Shown: positions 13,701-27,693 of the stretch, in pieces
How the letters are laid out: every line of letters starts with the position of its first letter
Position numbering within the stretch: position 1 is the stretch's first letter
DNA from: Heterodontus francisci
Taxonomy: Eukaryota
DNA length: 64,000 bases
Direction: 5' to 3'
Assembly: GCF_036365525.1 (NCBI RefSeq)
Contig: NC_090376.1
Location: forward strand, 43,519,075-43,583,074
Made by a program: the position numbers and the translations under genes
The notes under the pieces: generated by a model
Databases searched by the model: none
Seen by the model: the letters and a program-made list of their open reading frames with translations, nothing else
Told to the model about the DNA's origin: nothing

Positions 13701-14185
13701 TTCCTCGGAAACTCTCTGCACTCTGTATCTGCCTGCTCAACAGCTACCCCATCCACTGATCCGTAGCTCCGGTTCCCATCCCCCTGCCAAACTAGTTTAA
13801 ACCCTCCCGAAGAGCTCTAGCAAACCTCCCGCCCAGGATATTGGTGCCCCTCTAGTTCAGATGCAACCCGTCCTTCTTGTACAGGTCCCACCTTCCCCAG
13901 AAGGTATCCCAATGATCCACATATCTGAAGCCCTCCCTCTTACATTGGCTCTGTAGCCACGTGTTCAGCTGCACTCGCTCTCTGTTTCTAGCCTCACTAG
14001 CACGTGGCACCGGTATCAATCCTGAGATTACTGCTCTGCTCGTCCTGCCTTTTAGCTTCCAACCTAACTCCCTATATTCGCTTTTCAGGTCCTCATCCCT
14101 TTTCCTAGCTATGTCATTGGTACCGATGTGTACCACAACTTCTGGCTGCTCCCCCTCCCCCTTAACAATCCTGTAGACTTGATCA
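10786..14185 (-). mobile_element. Young CR1 LINE: ORF1 esterase fragment, near-complete ORF2 (APE endonuclease + RT) and 3' tail, 5'-truncated
   Basis: 873-aa ORF 11135-13756 (YFNARS, GDFNFP, SDHN, NYRPVSLTS, GVPQGSVLGP, FADD); ORF 13852-14136 HIGTND..DGLHLN (SGNH/GDSL esterase); CTATGTT-type tail repeats. Confidence 0.97.
11135..13756 (-). pseudogene. CR1 ORF2, endonuclease-reverse transcriptase, premature stop near C-terminus
   Basis: Open 873 codons; TAA where Tyr expected (DLIEV*KMMRGIDRV continues in frame). Confidence 0.93.
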
Positions 14186-14494
14186 GTCTACAGTATATCA
14201 TTTTAGTTATAATTTTGAACTAAACAAATTGGTTTTTAACTTGTCTTTTGTTATGCTATAGTTTGACTTACTGATATGAGATTATCTTTTCTGATAAGTT
14301 CTCTTCAATGCAAATCAATTTGATATGAACACCAGTTATACTCTAGATGCTCTGTCAGTGGAGTGAGAAAAGTTTTGAACTCATTCAATATTATTTAAAT
14401 AATAGTTGCAATATCCTAAGATTTCAATTTAAGATGGAAAAATCAAATGGAGTAGCTATTGAACAGTAGCAGATAGACAACAATTCCAGAGCAC

Positions 14495-15352
14495 TTTTTT
14501 TATTCATTCATTGGATGTGAGCATCACTGGCAAGGCCAGCATTTGTTGCCCATCCCTAATTGCCCCGATGGTGATGGTGAGCGGTCCCCTTGAACCGCTG
14601 CAGTTCAGGGCGAGTAGGTACACCCACAGTGCTTTAAGGAAGGAAGTTCCAGGTTTTTGACCCAGCAACAGTGAAGGAACGGTGATATAGTTCCAAGTCA
14701 GGATGGTGTGTGGCTTGGAGAGGAACTTGCAGGTGGTGGTGTTCCCATGCGTCTGCTGCCCTTGTCCTTCTAGTTGGTAGAGACCACGGTCTGGAAGATG
14801 CTGTTGAAGGAAGCTTGGTGAGTTGCCGCAGTGCATCTTGGTGATGATACACACTGCTGCCACTATCCATCAATGTTGGATAGGAGGCCGATCAAACGGG
14901 CTACTTTGTCCCGGATGTTGCCGAGCTTCTTGAGATTTGTTGGAGCTGCCCTCATCCATGAAAGTGGAGAGTATTCCATCACACTCCTGACTTGTGCCTT
15001 GTAGATGGTGGACAAGCTTTGGGAAGTCAAGAGGTGAGTTACTCGCTGCAGACTTCCCAGCCTCTGACCTGTTCTTGTCGCCATAGTACTTTCATGGCTG
15101 GTCCAGTTAAGTTTCTGGTCAATGGTAACCGCCAGAATGTCGATAGTTGGGGATTCAGTGATGGTAATGCCGTTGAATGTCAAGGGGTTATGGTTAGATT
15201 CTGTCTTGTTAGAGATGGTCATTACCTGGCATTTGTGTGACATGTATGTTACTTGCCACTTATCAGCCCAAGCCTGAATATTGTCCAGGTCTTGTTGCAT
15301 GCAGGCACAGAGTGCTTCAGTATTTGAGGACTTGCAAATGGTACTGAACACA
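14495..15352 (-). mobile_element. CR1-group LINE (second family), 3' RT fragment
   Basis: QQDLDNIQAWADKWQV, IYKAQVRSVMEYSPL; tail CCAATGAATGAATAAAAAA. Confidence 0.85.
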
Positions 15353-16333
15353 GCGATACTAACTGCTACAGTGAGAAAAATAACTTCTACAGCATGAGTA
15401 AGATGATAAAGTACAAACATCAAAAGCTCAGGGATTGCTTTCACAAAACAAATATAGCTTATATGATTAATCAGTTAATAAAAATGTATTTTAATTAAGA
15501 AACTCAGTGATGAAAATGTACATAGGCCAAAAGTCATTGAGAATATCAATATCAATTGCATATTAATGACCGCAATGTGATTTGTATGAATTGTATCAAT
15601 TAATCAACAAGGTAATTTTTTAATAGAATCATAAAATTAAGAACAGAAATGCTGCAAATGAACAGATGAAAATGATCATGAATGAAAATCTCAATTAAAA
15701 CATAAAATGCTGATCTATTATGCTTCCAGCATTTATAACTTTCACTTTTGAAACCTTAAAATAGTTAAAGCTAATAAATAATTTATTACCATGTACCTAC
15801 AGATCTCAGTAGTTTGGAACAAATCTGAAAATGCAGTTTTTCCCCCATAATTTAATTAGTACAGTTAAATCAGGAAGCTAATAGTCGGTGGAATGAATGC
15901 TCTGCTCCGCTCAGTATCTGCTGTATCATCCTGTGTCCATTGCTTTACTTCGTGTGTGGGAGATCCTGTGCTTTGTTCTGGAACACTATGAAAATGTCAT
16001 GGAAAGATCACAGTGCAAATGTTTGCATTTGTTTTCTTACCTGTTGTCCGTTTGCCAATTTGGAACGTTCATGTAAACTAAGCTGAAACATTTGTTTCAA
16101 CCATTTAGAGGCACAGTGTGAGGCTGGACATGTGACGCCCAGCTCTTCCTCACATCCAGACCTGCATTGAATGATCATTACATTTAATGACTTACTTTCA
16201 AGCTGCGATTTCTGAAAACAAATACATTTCTTACGCATGTTCTAAGGAACTCAGGCAGACTTCCTAGTTACTTCCCCAGGAAAAATGTTAAATTATTATT
16301 TTTTTTGTATCATTAAGGAAGAGGTTTTACTAA

Positions 16334-16775
<442 letters not shown>

Positions 16776-16994
16776 TAATATCTACATCTATCACTGTCAT
16801 TGAGATACAGGATACCTCATGGCTGCACGTGCGATTGACATACATGGATGCTCATTTTAAAATCGGCTTTATAAACATGATATATAGTTTGATACATGAA
16901 AGATTTTGTTTTGGTTTGGCCGTTGTCTGACCCACGTAGAACCCCTCTCCCCCACTGTGCTTAAGGGCATACAAATCAAGCAATTGAAAAATCT

Positions 16995-17503
16995 TCACAA
17001 GTAGAGTTTCTGCTTGCTTGATACGGAACGCACACCTCCTCCTTGCAGTGACACACATCCCTATGCTCAATGACCTACATTGGCTCACTGTTCAGTAAAA
17101 CCTCGATTTTAATATTTTCATCCTCATTTTCAAATTCTGCCATGCCCTCACCTCTCCAAATCTCCGAAACCTTCTCCAGCCCGACAACCCTCCAAGATAT
17201 TTGTGCTCCTTCAATTTGGCCTTTGGTGCATCACAGATTTTCTTCGCTTCATCATTTGTGACTGTGCTTTTTGTGGCCTAAGCTCTGGATTTCCCTACCT
17301 AAAGTTCACCACCTTCATGCTGCCTTCCCTTCTTTTAAAATGGCCCTCAAATCAAGTCAAAGCTTAACTAAACTTTTTGGTCACCTGTCCTAATATATCT
17401 TATGTGGCACGGTTTCAAATTTTGTTTGATGATCATTCCTGTGAAGTTCTTTAGGAGATTTTACTACGTCAAAGACGCTATATAAATACAAATTGTTGTT
17501 GTT
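16995..17503 (+). mobile_element. L2-type LINE 3' fragment
   Basis: HIPMLNDLHWL-like segment; tail GCTATATAAATACAAATTGTTGTTG. Confidence 0.65.
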
Positions 17504-17578
17504 ATCCAAAGTAATAACAATCCAAGCAGTCCAAAAGCCTTAGCTGAAGGTTGGCAAGTGGCAAGGTCCAGGGCCCTT

Positions 17579-17705
17579 GAAAGGTCACTGATCTGAAATG
17601 TTAACTCTGCTTCTCTCTCCATAGATGCTGCCAGACCTGCTGAGTTTTTCCAGCACTTTGTTTTTATTTCAGATTTCCAGCATCCACAGTATTTTGCTTT
17701 TATTT
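17579..17705 (+). mobile_element. PLE terminal fragment with 16-bp TSD
   Basis: TSD AAGGTCCAGGGCCCTT (17563-17578) / AAGGTCTAGGGCCCTT (17706-17721). Confidence 0.8.
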
Positions 17706-17799
17706 AAGGTCTAGGGCCCTTATGTGTAAGGATATTGCTAAAGGTTAACCAGCTAAAACTGCACAGCTTCCTCCTGCTTACCTAGCCAGGAACTCCATA

Positions 17800-19160
17800 T
17801 AGAATCATAGAATAGTACAGCACAGAGGAGGCCTCTTTTGAAGAGAAATCCAGTTAATCCCACTGCTTGGCTCTTTCCCCACATCCCAGCAGTTTTCTTT
17901 CCTTCAAGTCTTTATCCAATTCTCTTTTGAAAGCTGCTATTGAATCTGTCTACGCCACCCTATCAGGGAGTGATTCAAAATCCTAACCACTCATTGCTAA
18001 AACAAAAGATTTTTCCTCATATTATCTCTTGTTCTTTTGCCAATCACTTTAAATCTGTGCCCTCTGGTTATCAACCCTTCAGCCATTAGAAACAGCTTCT
18101 TTTTATTTACTCTATCTAAACACTTCATGATTCTAGACACCTTCACCAAATCTCCTCAACTTTTTCTGCTCTAAGGAGAGCAACCCCAGCTTCTCCAGTC
18201 TATCCAAATTAACTGTAATCCCTTATTCCTGGAACCATTCTAGTAAATCTCCTCTGTATCTTCTGAAAAGCCTTCACATTCTTCCTTAAGTGTGGTGCTC
18301 AGAATTGGGTACAATACTCCAGCTGGGGCCAAACTAGTGTTTTATATAGATTTAGTATAACTTCCTGGCTTTTGTACTCTTTGCCTCTATTTATAAAGTG
18401 CAGGATCCCATAGGCTTTTTTAAATGCTTTGTTAACCTGTGCTGCCACCTTCAAAGATTTGTGCTCAAACACCTCACAGAACTGTTACACACAGAAGGCC
18501 ATTCTGCCCATCATGTGTGCACTGGCTCTCCAAGTGAGCAATTCACTTAGTGCCATTTCCCAACTTCTCCCCATAACCCTGTACATTCTTTCTCTTAAAG
18601 CAACTATCCAATTCCCTTTTGAATGCCTTGATTGAACCTGCCTCCACTGCACTCTCTGGCAGTGCATTCCAGATCCTAACCACGTGCTGCATGAAAAAGA
18701 TTTTCCTCATGTCACCATTGCTTCTTTTGCCAGTTACCTTAATCTGTGCCCTCTCGTTCTTGATCCTTTTATGAGCGGAAACAATTTCTCCCTATCTACT
18801 ATGTCCAGACCCCTCATGATTTTGAATACCTCCATCAAATCTCCTCTCAGCCTTCTCCTCTCTGAGGAAAACAGTCCCAACTTCGCCAATCTATCTTCAT
18901 AAATGAAGTTCCTCAGAGTCTCTCTGTTCTTGCACCCCCTTTAAATATGCGCCATTTAGATTGTATTGCCACTCTTCATTCTTCCTACTAAAATATATCA
19001 CCTAAGACTTTTCTGCATCTCATTCGCCATGTGTCCATCCATTCCAACAGCCTGTCCATGTCCTCTTGAAATCTATTACTATCTTCCTCACTGTTTACTA
19101 CACTGCCAAGTTTTGTGTCATCTGTAAATTTCAAAATCGTGCCCTGTGCCCCCAAGTCCT
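17800..19160 (-). mobile_element. CR1 3' fragment with a second CR1 3' fragment nested at ~18471-18915
   Basis: Reverse-complement similarity to 1-1514; two CR1 tails in series. Confidence 0.85.
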
Positions 19161-19845
19161 ACACCTCAATGTGTTAACTTGCAAGATTATTTGGAAGCAA
19201 GTGTGAAGAATCCCTACCCCCATGTGTCCTGGAGTACTATGGTATTGGAATAGGTATTGGATTACTGTGTTTGCCGTGGAAGGTTGATTCAGATCTGATC
19301 TTCAATCACCAGGCATGGAATCTAGGAGCTAAAGAGTCATGAAAGAGACTCCTCTTACCTCCTCCACCCCCCGCTTTGTAGGATGATAGTCATTAGCAGG
19401 TTATTAAACAGCTAATAGGTGCAGGTTTGAACTCCTGATAAGTGGAAAGCAGGTAACAAGAAGAAAATCATAAGCAAAATTCACCAAAAATCCATCCAGA
19501 TATTATTAAAAATTTGGGTTAAGTGACAATTGATGGTGTTAAGTGTAATGCATTATTTATTCCTGGTGAGCTGATCCCGCAGCACATAGGCAGGATTAAA
19601 AGCCTGTGAATTTTCAGGCCCCATCTAACAGTTCATAAATACAAAGAATAATTCACTGAGACTGGGTCTAAATGTAAAATAATTCATAATCCAGGTGCAA
19701 CAGACTAAGCATAGAATAATGCATTATTACTGAGTAAAATGTAAATGTGGAACAATTATTGATTCTGACAGTCTGTTCTATATGGCTCAGTATTGTTGCC
19801 AGCTGGCAGCTTTTTAAGCAGATAGCCAGCTGTTTCAATTCACTT

Positions 19846-20504
19846 GGCATCTACTAATAGCTTTTCTGTCTTGTGGATAGAGCATTTCCTGGTCTATGGG
19901 GTACTGCGTGTTGCATGGGTCTCCATTGTTCTCCATTTTAAAATGACAAACAGTAACTGCAGCTGGAATCATCCAATCCTGTGAAGTAGGTTGGCTATTT
20001 GGCCTGAGACATGGATGATTACCACTCATCAATGGAGCGTGAGACAGAGAAGAGATTGGAGCAGGTTTGGGATGAAGGGTGGGAATTATAAAAGTATTTG
20101 TGGAAGAACCAAGTAAATTAGGCCATGAAATACAATTAGAGACAGTATAGTTATTGATCAATCCTGTTTCTGTGTATCAAGGGCCTGGTGCATTCATTAT
20201 CCTTCATATAAGTGTATCCCAGGGCCTGGTTTACTTGGTCCTTCCCAGAGGCTTGCCAACAGCCCTCATCTGTCCCGCTTTCTCCTTTGCTTCATTTTCT
20301 ATTGATCAGCGATGCATAATCATGATCCGGACCAAACGTCTGCCCCCACCTCATGGGATTGGAGGACCCCAGCTGCCAGTCAATGCATGTCATTTTAAAA
20401 TGGAGAATAATGACGGTTCATTCTACCGACAATCCTCTGTATGATAGAAACTGCTGAATTCATCAGATTCATCCAATGCCAGAAAAGTTATTTTAGTAGA
20501 TGCC
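19846..20504. mobile_element. MITE-like element with ~130-nt imperfect terminal inverted repeats
   Basis: GGCATCTACTAA..TTCTCCATTTTAAAATGACA mirrored by TGTCATTTTAAAATGGAGAA..TTAGTAGATGCC. Confidence 0.65.
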
Positions 20505-21089
20505 TCAAGAGAGACTCAAATGAAGGTGGGTGGGATGAGTGGGCAAAAACGTGGGCTAGCCTGCAATAAAAGCAGTTGCTTAGCAAATATGCATTTTAGT
20601 GTTCTTGAGTACAACTGGTAGAATATTGGGTATAGTTGTCGTTTAAGTTGTGACAAGTTCATGTCCTACTGCACTCCCAATGTAGCTACTTCTTTTCATG
20701 TCATAATTAAGGCCTTTGCCGTTCAGTTTTCACAGAAAAACAAATTAAATTGTGGTATGTAATGCTAAGCATGGCTAAAAATCCAGAATCCAACATACTA
20801 TAAAGGACTTAACTTATTCAGCTGTCTTGAAGCAGTGGCCATGGTCTTAGGCCTTAATTCAGGATTGTTTTCCATTTATATGTTATTATTTGAGTTGCCT
20901 TCTGTTTTGCAGCTGCTTGTCAGTTTTTCTGGGTTTATAGGTTGGCACGTGTGGGTCTGTACAGTAGGACATTGGGTGGTGCAGGTCTACATTAAGCAAC
21001 AAGAAAGCATTATTTCTTGACATTTCTATATTGGATTCTTGAAATTCAGCAATTTTACTGCAGTGTTCGCTGCACTTAACATCTGCATA

Positions 21090-22322
21090 TGCGAACATTC
21101 ATACAAACATCCAAATTAGGCCCTTCGAGCCTGCTCCGTCATTCAATAAGTTCATGGCTGAACTGATACTCCACATTTCCACCTACCCCCGATAATCTTC
21201 CACCCCCTTGCTTATCAAGAATCTATCTACCTCTGCCTTAAAAATATTCAAAGACTCTGCTTCCATTGTCTTTTGAGGAAGAGAATTCCAAAGACTCACG
21301 ACCCTCAGAGAAAAGATTTCTCCTCATCTCTGTCTTAAATGGGCGATCCCTTATTTTTAAATAGTGACACCTAATTCTAGATTCTCCCACAAGGGAAAAC
21401 ATCCTTTCCACATCCACCCTGTCAAGACCTCTCAGGATCTTATATGCTTCTATCAAGTCGCCTCTTACACTTCTAAATTCCAGCGGATACAAGCCTAGCC
21501 TGCCCAAAATTTCCTCGTTAGACAGCCCACCCATTCCAGGTATTAGTCTAGTAAACCTTCTCTGTACTGCCTCCAACGCATTTACATCCTTCCTTAAATC
21601 AGGAGACCAATACTGTACACAGTACTCCAGATGTGGTCTCACCAATGCCCTGTTAAGCTGAAGCATAACCTCCCTATTTTTGTATTCAATTCCCCTCGCG
21701 ATAAATGATAGCATTCTATTAGATTTCCTAATTATGTGCCGTACCTGCATACTAACCTTTTGCGATTCATGGACTAGGACACTCAGATCCCTCTGCATCT
21801 CAGAGCTCTGCAATCTCTCACTGTTTGGATAATATGCTTCTTTTTTATTCTTCCTGCCAACGTGGACAATTTCCCACTTTCCCACAGTATTTTCCATTTG
21901 CCAGGTATTTGCTTACTCACTTAACCTATCTATATCCCTTTGTAGCCCCCTTATGTCCTCTTCACAAGTTATTTTTCTACCTGTCTTTGTGTCATCTGCA
22001 AACTTAGCAACTATACCTTCGGTCCCTTCATCTAAGTCATTTATATAAATTGTAAAAAGTTGAGGCCCCAGCACAAATTCCTGTGGCACACCACTCGTTA
22101 CATCTTGTCAACCAGAAAATGACCCATTTATGCCTACTCTCTGTTTCCTATTAACTAGCCAATCTTCTATCCATGCCAATATGTTACCCCCTACACCATG
22201 AGCTTTTATTTTCTGCAATAACCTTTGATGTGGCACCTCATCAAATGCCTCCTGGAAATCTAAGTACAATACATCCACTGGTCCCCCTTTATCCACAGCA
22301 CATGTAACTCCCTCAAAGAACT
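21090..22322 (-). mobile_element. CR1 LINE 3' fragment
   Basis: ORFs 21238-21897 and 22108-22470: YLDFQEAFD, LVRPHLEYCVQYW, GDLIEAYKIL. Confidence 0.92.
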
Positions 22323-22522
22323 TTTCTTGATGGGTGATAATGATGAGGAGAAATGTTGGCATTTGTGCCACCCCACCCACCAGTTTCACTGAAATCCATT
22401 TCTGGAGCTTGTCAGATCTGACACTGAAAATAAAATCAGTCCAAAGGTAATTATAACAGACAGATCTCACTTTATGTAGTATTCTTATCAGCTGGCATTT
22501 ACAGTGAAAATGACAGAATTAA

Positions 22523-22678
<156 letters not shown>

Positions 22679-23212
22679 TAAGTTGACTGATAGGAACATA
22701 GGAATTGCTAGACAACAAAAAAACAAGGTCTATTTTGCATCCTGATAGTTGCATGATACAACCTCTGATTCACAACTGTCCTCTGAACAGAATTATAACC
22801 TTCCTACTCATGGTAATCCATCTGAATTAGTAACTAAACTTAAACTGAATGGTTCCAACAAATTAACGATTGGCAAAGATAGAAATTAGACCATTAATTT
22901 ATTGTTTCATGTGTATGTGTGTGAGGGAGAACGATCTAACCCTAATGAAAATAATCTTGATTATTGTTCACTTAATGTAATGTGGTTTCATAACACTGAA
23001 TAAGGAAATTATTGGCTAATGGTGGTGTTCAGTACATATCTGCTAAATGAGTTAACAAGTTGAGTTTCTTCTGCATTCAAAAATTTCAAAAATTGGGGTT
23101 GTTTTCATTAAAACAGAGGAGTTATATGGGGTGATTTGATAGTCATGTTTATAATTATGAACGGTTACGACAGAGTAGGTAGAGACAGACTTTTCCAGTG
23201 CTAGAGTATCAA

Positions 23213-23380
23213 CCATGGTACAGTTCATAGCACCTCTCGTCTCTGAGTCAGGGAGTTGTGGATTTAAGTCTCACTACAGGATTTGAGAACAACAATTTAG
23301 GCTGTCACTCCAGTGCAGTACTGAGGAAGTCTGCACTGTCAGGAATCGGCTTTCAGATAAGACATTAAACCGAGCCCCTA
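23213..23380 (+). mobile_element. Deu-domain SINE (SacSINE1-like), 5' fragment
   Basis: CAGTGCAGTACTGAGG..CACTGTCAG..TTTCAGATAAGACATTAAACCGAG, same as 57911 copy. Confidence 0.65.
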
Positions 23381-23436
23381 CTTGGCATCCTTCCATCTAC
23401 GAAAGATGATGGACATGCAGCAAACAATCCATTTAG

Positions 23437-24000
23437 GTGGGGACCGCCTATTTCCACCTCACTAACATTGCCCGATTTCACCTTGTCCCATCTCATCTGC
23501 TGCTGAAACCCTCATTCATGCCTTTGTTACCTCTAGATTTGACTATTCTAATGCACTCCTGGCTGGAGTTCCACATTCTACTCTCCACAAACTTGAGGGC
23601 ATCCAAAACTGTGCTGCCCATGTCATAACTCGCACCAAGTCCCCATCATCCCTATGCTCGCTGACCTAATTGTCTCCCAGTCAAACAACATCTTGTTTTA
23701 AAGTTCTCTACCTTGTTTTCAAATCTCTCCATGGCCCCAAGGCCCCAAGCTCTGGAATACCCTCCCTACACCTCTCTGCCTCCCCACCTCATTTTCCTCC
23801 TTTAAGGCACTCCTGATCTTATATATCCTTTTGTGGCTCTGTGTCATACTTTGTTTATGTTCCTCCTGTGATGTGCCTTGGGATATTTTATAATATTAAA
23901 GGCGCTATATAAATATAAAAGCAAAATACTGTGGATGCTGGAAATGTAAAATAAGAACAGAAAGTGCTGAAATACTCAGCCGGTCTGGCAGCATCTGCAG
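23437..24000 (+). mobile_element. L2 LINE 3' fragment followed by PLE terminal fragment (23917-24000)
   Basis: TAYFHLTNIAR, LIHAFVTSRFDYSNALLAG; GCGCTATATAAAT tail; then AAAAGCAAAATACTG..GGCAGCATCTG. Confidence 0.75.
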
Positions 24001-24734
24001 CTCAACACCAACATTCCTTGGGCTTAGAATCAATAAAGGAGACTTTTCAGAGGGTGATTGAAATGACAGCACAGAAATAGGTCATTTGACTCCCAGAGCC
24101 TGTACTAGTGTTGGTGCTCTCTCCTTTACATCTATTCCTTCCAGATGATTTTATACTCCTCATTTTCAAACATTGATCCCATTCCCTTTTAAATAATTTT
24201 CTAGTTTCTGCCTTTATAGCCATTTTTGGTGAAATATCCCATGACCTAATAACCCCCAATTCAAGACCCTTCCTTTCTCCCTTGGTTTTTCCAGTGAGTA
24301 TCCTCGGCTTTCATCCCCTTGTCCCCATTCACTCACCAGTGGAAACAATCTTCTACCGTTTACCCACAGTAAAATCCACAGGTTTCGCTTACCCTTTTAC
24401 TGGCTGTTCCTCTCTCACCACTGCTTCCAATCACCACGTTGCTGCTGCTGCTCCTCCCAGTCCTGCCGAAAATGTCCAGGACCAGATGCACTGTCATTGC
24501 TAATAAATGATTCAATTGTTGCATGTTGGATCGATAATATGTTTATGGCTGGTGAGATTATTAGGAAAAAAAGGCTTGCTTGGGTACTTTATCTAAGAAT
24601 CGACATGCTTCTGTCGCCTCTAGACTTAACTGCTTCAACACTTTTCTCAACCCTTCGATTCTCAACCCTACATAAACTTCAACTTGTTTAAATTTGTACA
24701 CATGTATTCTGTCCTGCTCTTTACTTATCTCATC

Positions 24735-25032
24735 CTTATTTCCTCTGCTGTGGGAGTTCACAACAAGGGGGCATAACATTAAAATTAGAGGTGTGATGTC
24801 AGAAAACACATTTTTACATAACGGATAATGGAAATGTGGAACTCTGTCCCTTTAAAAGCTGCTGAGGCTGGGTCAATTGACCAATTCAAAACTGAAATAG
24901 ATTTTTGTTAGGTAAGGACATTAAGGGATATGCAGCATAGGTGGGTTGTTGGAGTTGAGATACAAGTCAGCCATGATCTCATTGAATGGCGGATCAGGCT
25001 AGAGAGGCTGAATGCCCTACTTGTGTTCCTGT
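24735..25032 (+). mobile_element. CR1 3' end fragment
   Basis: ACAAGGGGGCATAAC..TGTGGAACTCT..ATGATCTCATTGAATGGCGG tail. Confidence 0.7.
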
Positions 25033-25124
25033 GTAGTGGTGCATAGCAGATTTTCTCCAACCTTTTAATGCCATTAAAATATGGGGATATCAATTAAGAC
25101 TAAAACTACTTAAATCAACTCTTT

Positions 25125-25979
25125 GGGGCGGATTTTGCAGACCCCCCAGATGTCAGGGGTCGTGGCAGGGCTAGGGGTGTGGGGGGTGTGGAAAATGCCT
25201 CTGGCAGAGGCCCACCATGGGCCTCAACGCCAGGAATACCCGGCCCAGTATTGCTGGCGGTGGTGAGGCCTCATGGCAGCCCCCTACCCCCCCCCCCCCC
25301 CACCCCCGCCGCTTGGAGACAGGAGCCAAATTTAAAAATGTAGATTAATGCAAATGAACGAATTAAGTACCGTCACGCTCTTGCTGTCCAACCCAGTGCG
25401 ATATTTGTGCCGGTGGTCGGCACACCTGCGTCCTCGGATCCCCAGATGGGGATCCGAGGTGGAACACTGGTAGGGAGGGGGGAGCAGGTGTGTTTTTCAG
25501 TGCGGGGTCTGGGGGTGGTGAGTGGCGTCAGACTCATCTCATTGGTGTAGGGGATAGTGGGAAGGGCTAGAGTGTAAAGTGTATGAACTTGGGGGGAGGA
25601 AGGTCATGTGCACAAAATGAATGATTTGGTGGGGGGGCAAGAAGGCAGGTAATTAATTCTATAGTTATTGAGGGTGGTGAGAGAGGGGCAAGATAAATTA
25701 ATTTAATTTTTTCAAATCAATTTTACATCAATGCTTCTTTATATATTTAAATTGAAATGTAGGACTCAAAGCCCTTTAAAAATAGCGTCAACGCCTGCGC
25801 AAAAGCTGCAGACGCCATTGCCAGGGACAGACACCCCGCCCCCTCCACATCATCTTGGCGGGCGGTCCGCCCTGACTATTTAAAAGAGCCACCGCACTTA
25901 AGATCACGGCGGCTCAGCGACGTGCACCTGCGCGGGCGGACCGCCATTGTTTATGTCCAGAAGTATAAATTTCAGCCCC
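25125..25979. mobile_element. Harbinger-type MITE
   Basis: TIRs GGGGCGGATTTT / AAATTTCAGCCCC. Confidence 0.75.
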
Positions 25980-26138
25980 TTATCTGGCAAATAAAATGCA
26001 ATCTGAAAAGAATCAACTATATAAAATAGTTTGATTTCAGTATTTATTTTACATTGTCACTAAACACATAATTAACATCATGAAACAATTGTTTATTTTA
26101 AAGTCTGACAATCTAATTACTTGTTGGGTCTATTCTAG

Positions 26139-26244
26139 TTATCAGACGTTACTTGACTGTTGGCATGGTGATCCCAAAGAACGGCCTACTTTCACTGAGC
26201 TTGTGGAAAGGCTTGGAGATTTATTGCAAGCAAATGCTCAACAG
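26139..26244 (+). CDS. FLT1: VEGFR1-like exon, end of kinase domain
   Basis: tctag|T..CAG|gtaat, 106 nt; [35 protein letters not shown]. Confidence 0.88.
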
Positions 26245-26965
26245 GTAATAAGGCTTTTCTGCCAATGGACTGGAATTCTTTCACAGTTAGATATAATTTT
26301 GAAACATTTCAACTTAAAGGTTTGTTATTAAGTTTCAGGTTCAAATTGTCTTAAAGTGAAAAAGTGATATTCATGTCACGAATTATTTTTAGTGATTTTA
26401 ATTACAGTAATTTTCATGCACCTTAGGTTTATCCAGACAAATGGATTTTCTGTATTTTGCAAAGTATATGCCAGGAAAAATATAATTTTGGGAAAACTCA
26501 TAGAAGTATTGGAATAATTGATAATCATCTCAGCCACAAGACATTGATATAAAGTTATCATATTTGAAAATTAACTCTTTATCAATAATTTGCTTAACTC
26601 TCCCAATGTATTGCAGTTTTATTTCAGTGTACAAATTTATGTTAGAGCTTTCAGGATTCGCAGGCTAGATATTACAGTCTTCACCTATTCAAGCAATATC
26701 TCTTTGATCTTATTAAATGGTACAATAAAGAAATTATAATGAGCCAGTATTGTGTATTTATTGAAATGGCTCTTGATAACACTTGTGTTTACAATATATA
26801 AAACAATTTAGTATTTTAAAGTTATCATTGTTCAAAACATTGGATGGTGTAACGAGTAAGAACACTCCATTTGCACTTCTGGGACCTGAGCAGAAACCTA
26901 GCCCAGAATGATGGAATGATAAAACCTTCCTCCTTTGTAAGAGTCCTATATTAAGTGAATATATG

Positions 26966-27693
26966 GGGCTGGATTTTTTAAAAGAGGTCGAGGTTCGGAT
27001 TGGAGGCGGGCAAGCCCACATTTTGGCAATGCCGGCCTCCATGCCAGTTCCCCGCCGCAATCTCAACCCCGAACCATTTTGAGAGAGGCCGCTTGGGGTC
27101 AGAACGGGTGCCCACTAGCAAGAGGTGGATAGCCAACTTAGGTTAATTAGATACGATTAAGGAGCCTATAAGGCCCTGTTCCTGCACCGACTGGGATTTC
27201 CAATCGGCAATACGCGCAGCCCACATTGGTCTGGACCATGTCCAGGCCAACATATGGGTTCAGGATGGGAAGGGGTTGTGGAGGGAGCAAGATGAATCAA
27301 GCGAGGAACCCCCCCCCTCCACCCTGCACCCATAATGGCCACTGAGCCACAGTGGCGGCTGCTGACCATCCCAGGGATTTTCCCTTCCAGAATCATGGCC
27401 AGCCAGCTGTGGCATGTTAAAAATTAAAATAAACCTACTTGCCCTTGACCCTGCTGTCTGCATCCTCGCATCGGCAGCTCCCACCTCAGCCAGTGGGGCT
27501 GCCAATCTCTCAATGCTAGAGGACCTCACATTGGCCCTTCAGCATCAGGAGCCTGCCCACCATCCCTGATTGGATGGCAAGCCCGCTGCTTGCCTTTAAT
27601 TAGCCGAAGCCTTGAAAATTGCATGCTGTGCGGAGCCGGGACCCAGAACAAACCCCATGTCCGGTTCCTGAACCCTGGTTAAAAATTCAGCCC
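26966..27693. mobile_element. Harbinger-type MITE
   Basis: TIRs GGGCTGGATTTTT / AAAAATTCAGCCC; flanks ATG/AAG; related to 53505-54195. Confidence 0.8.
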
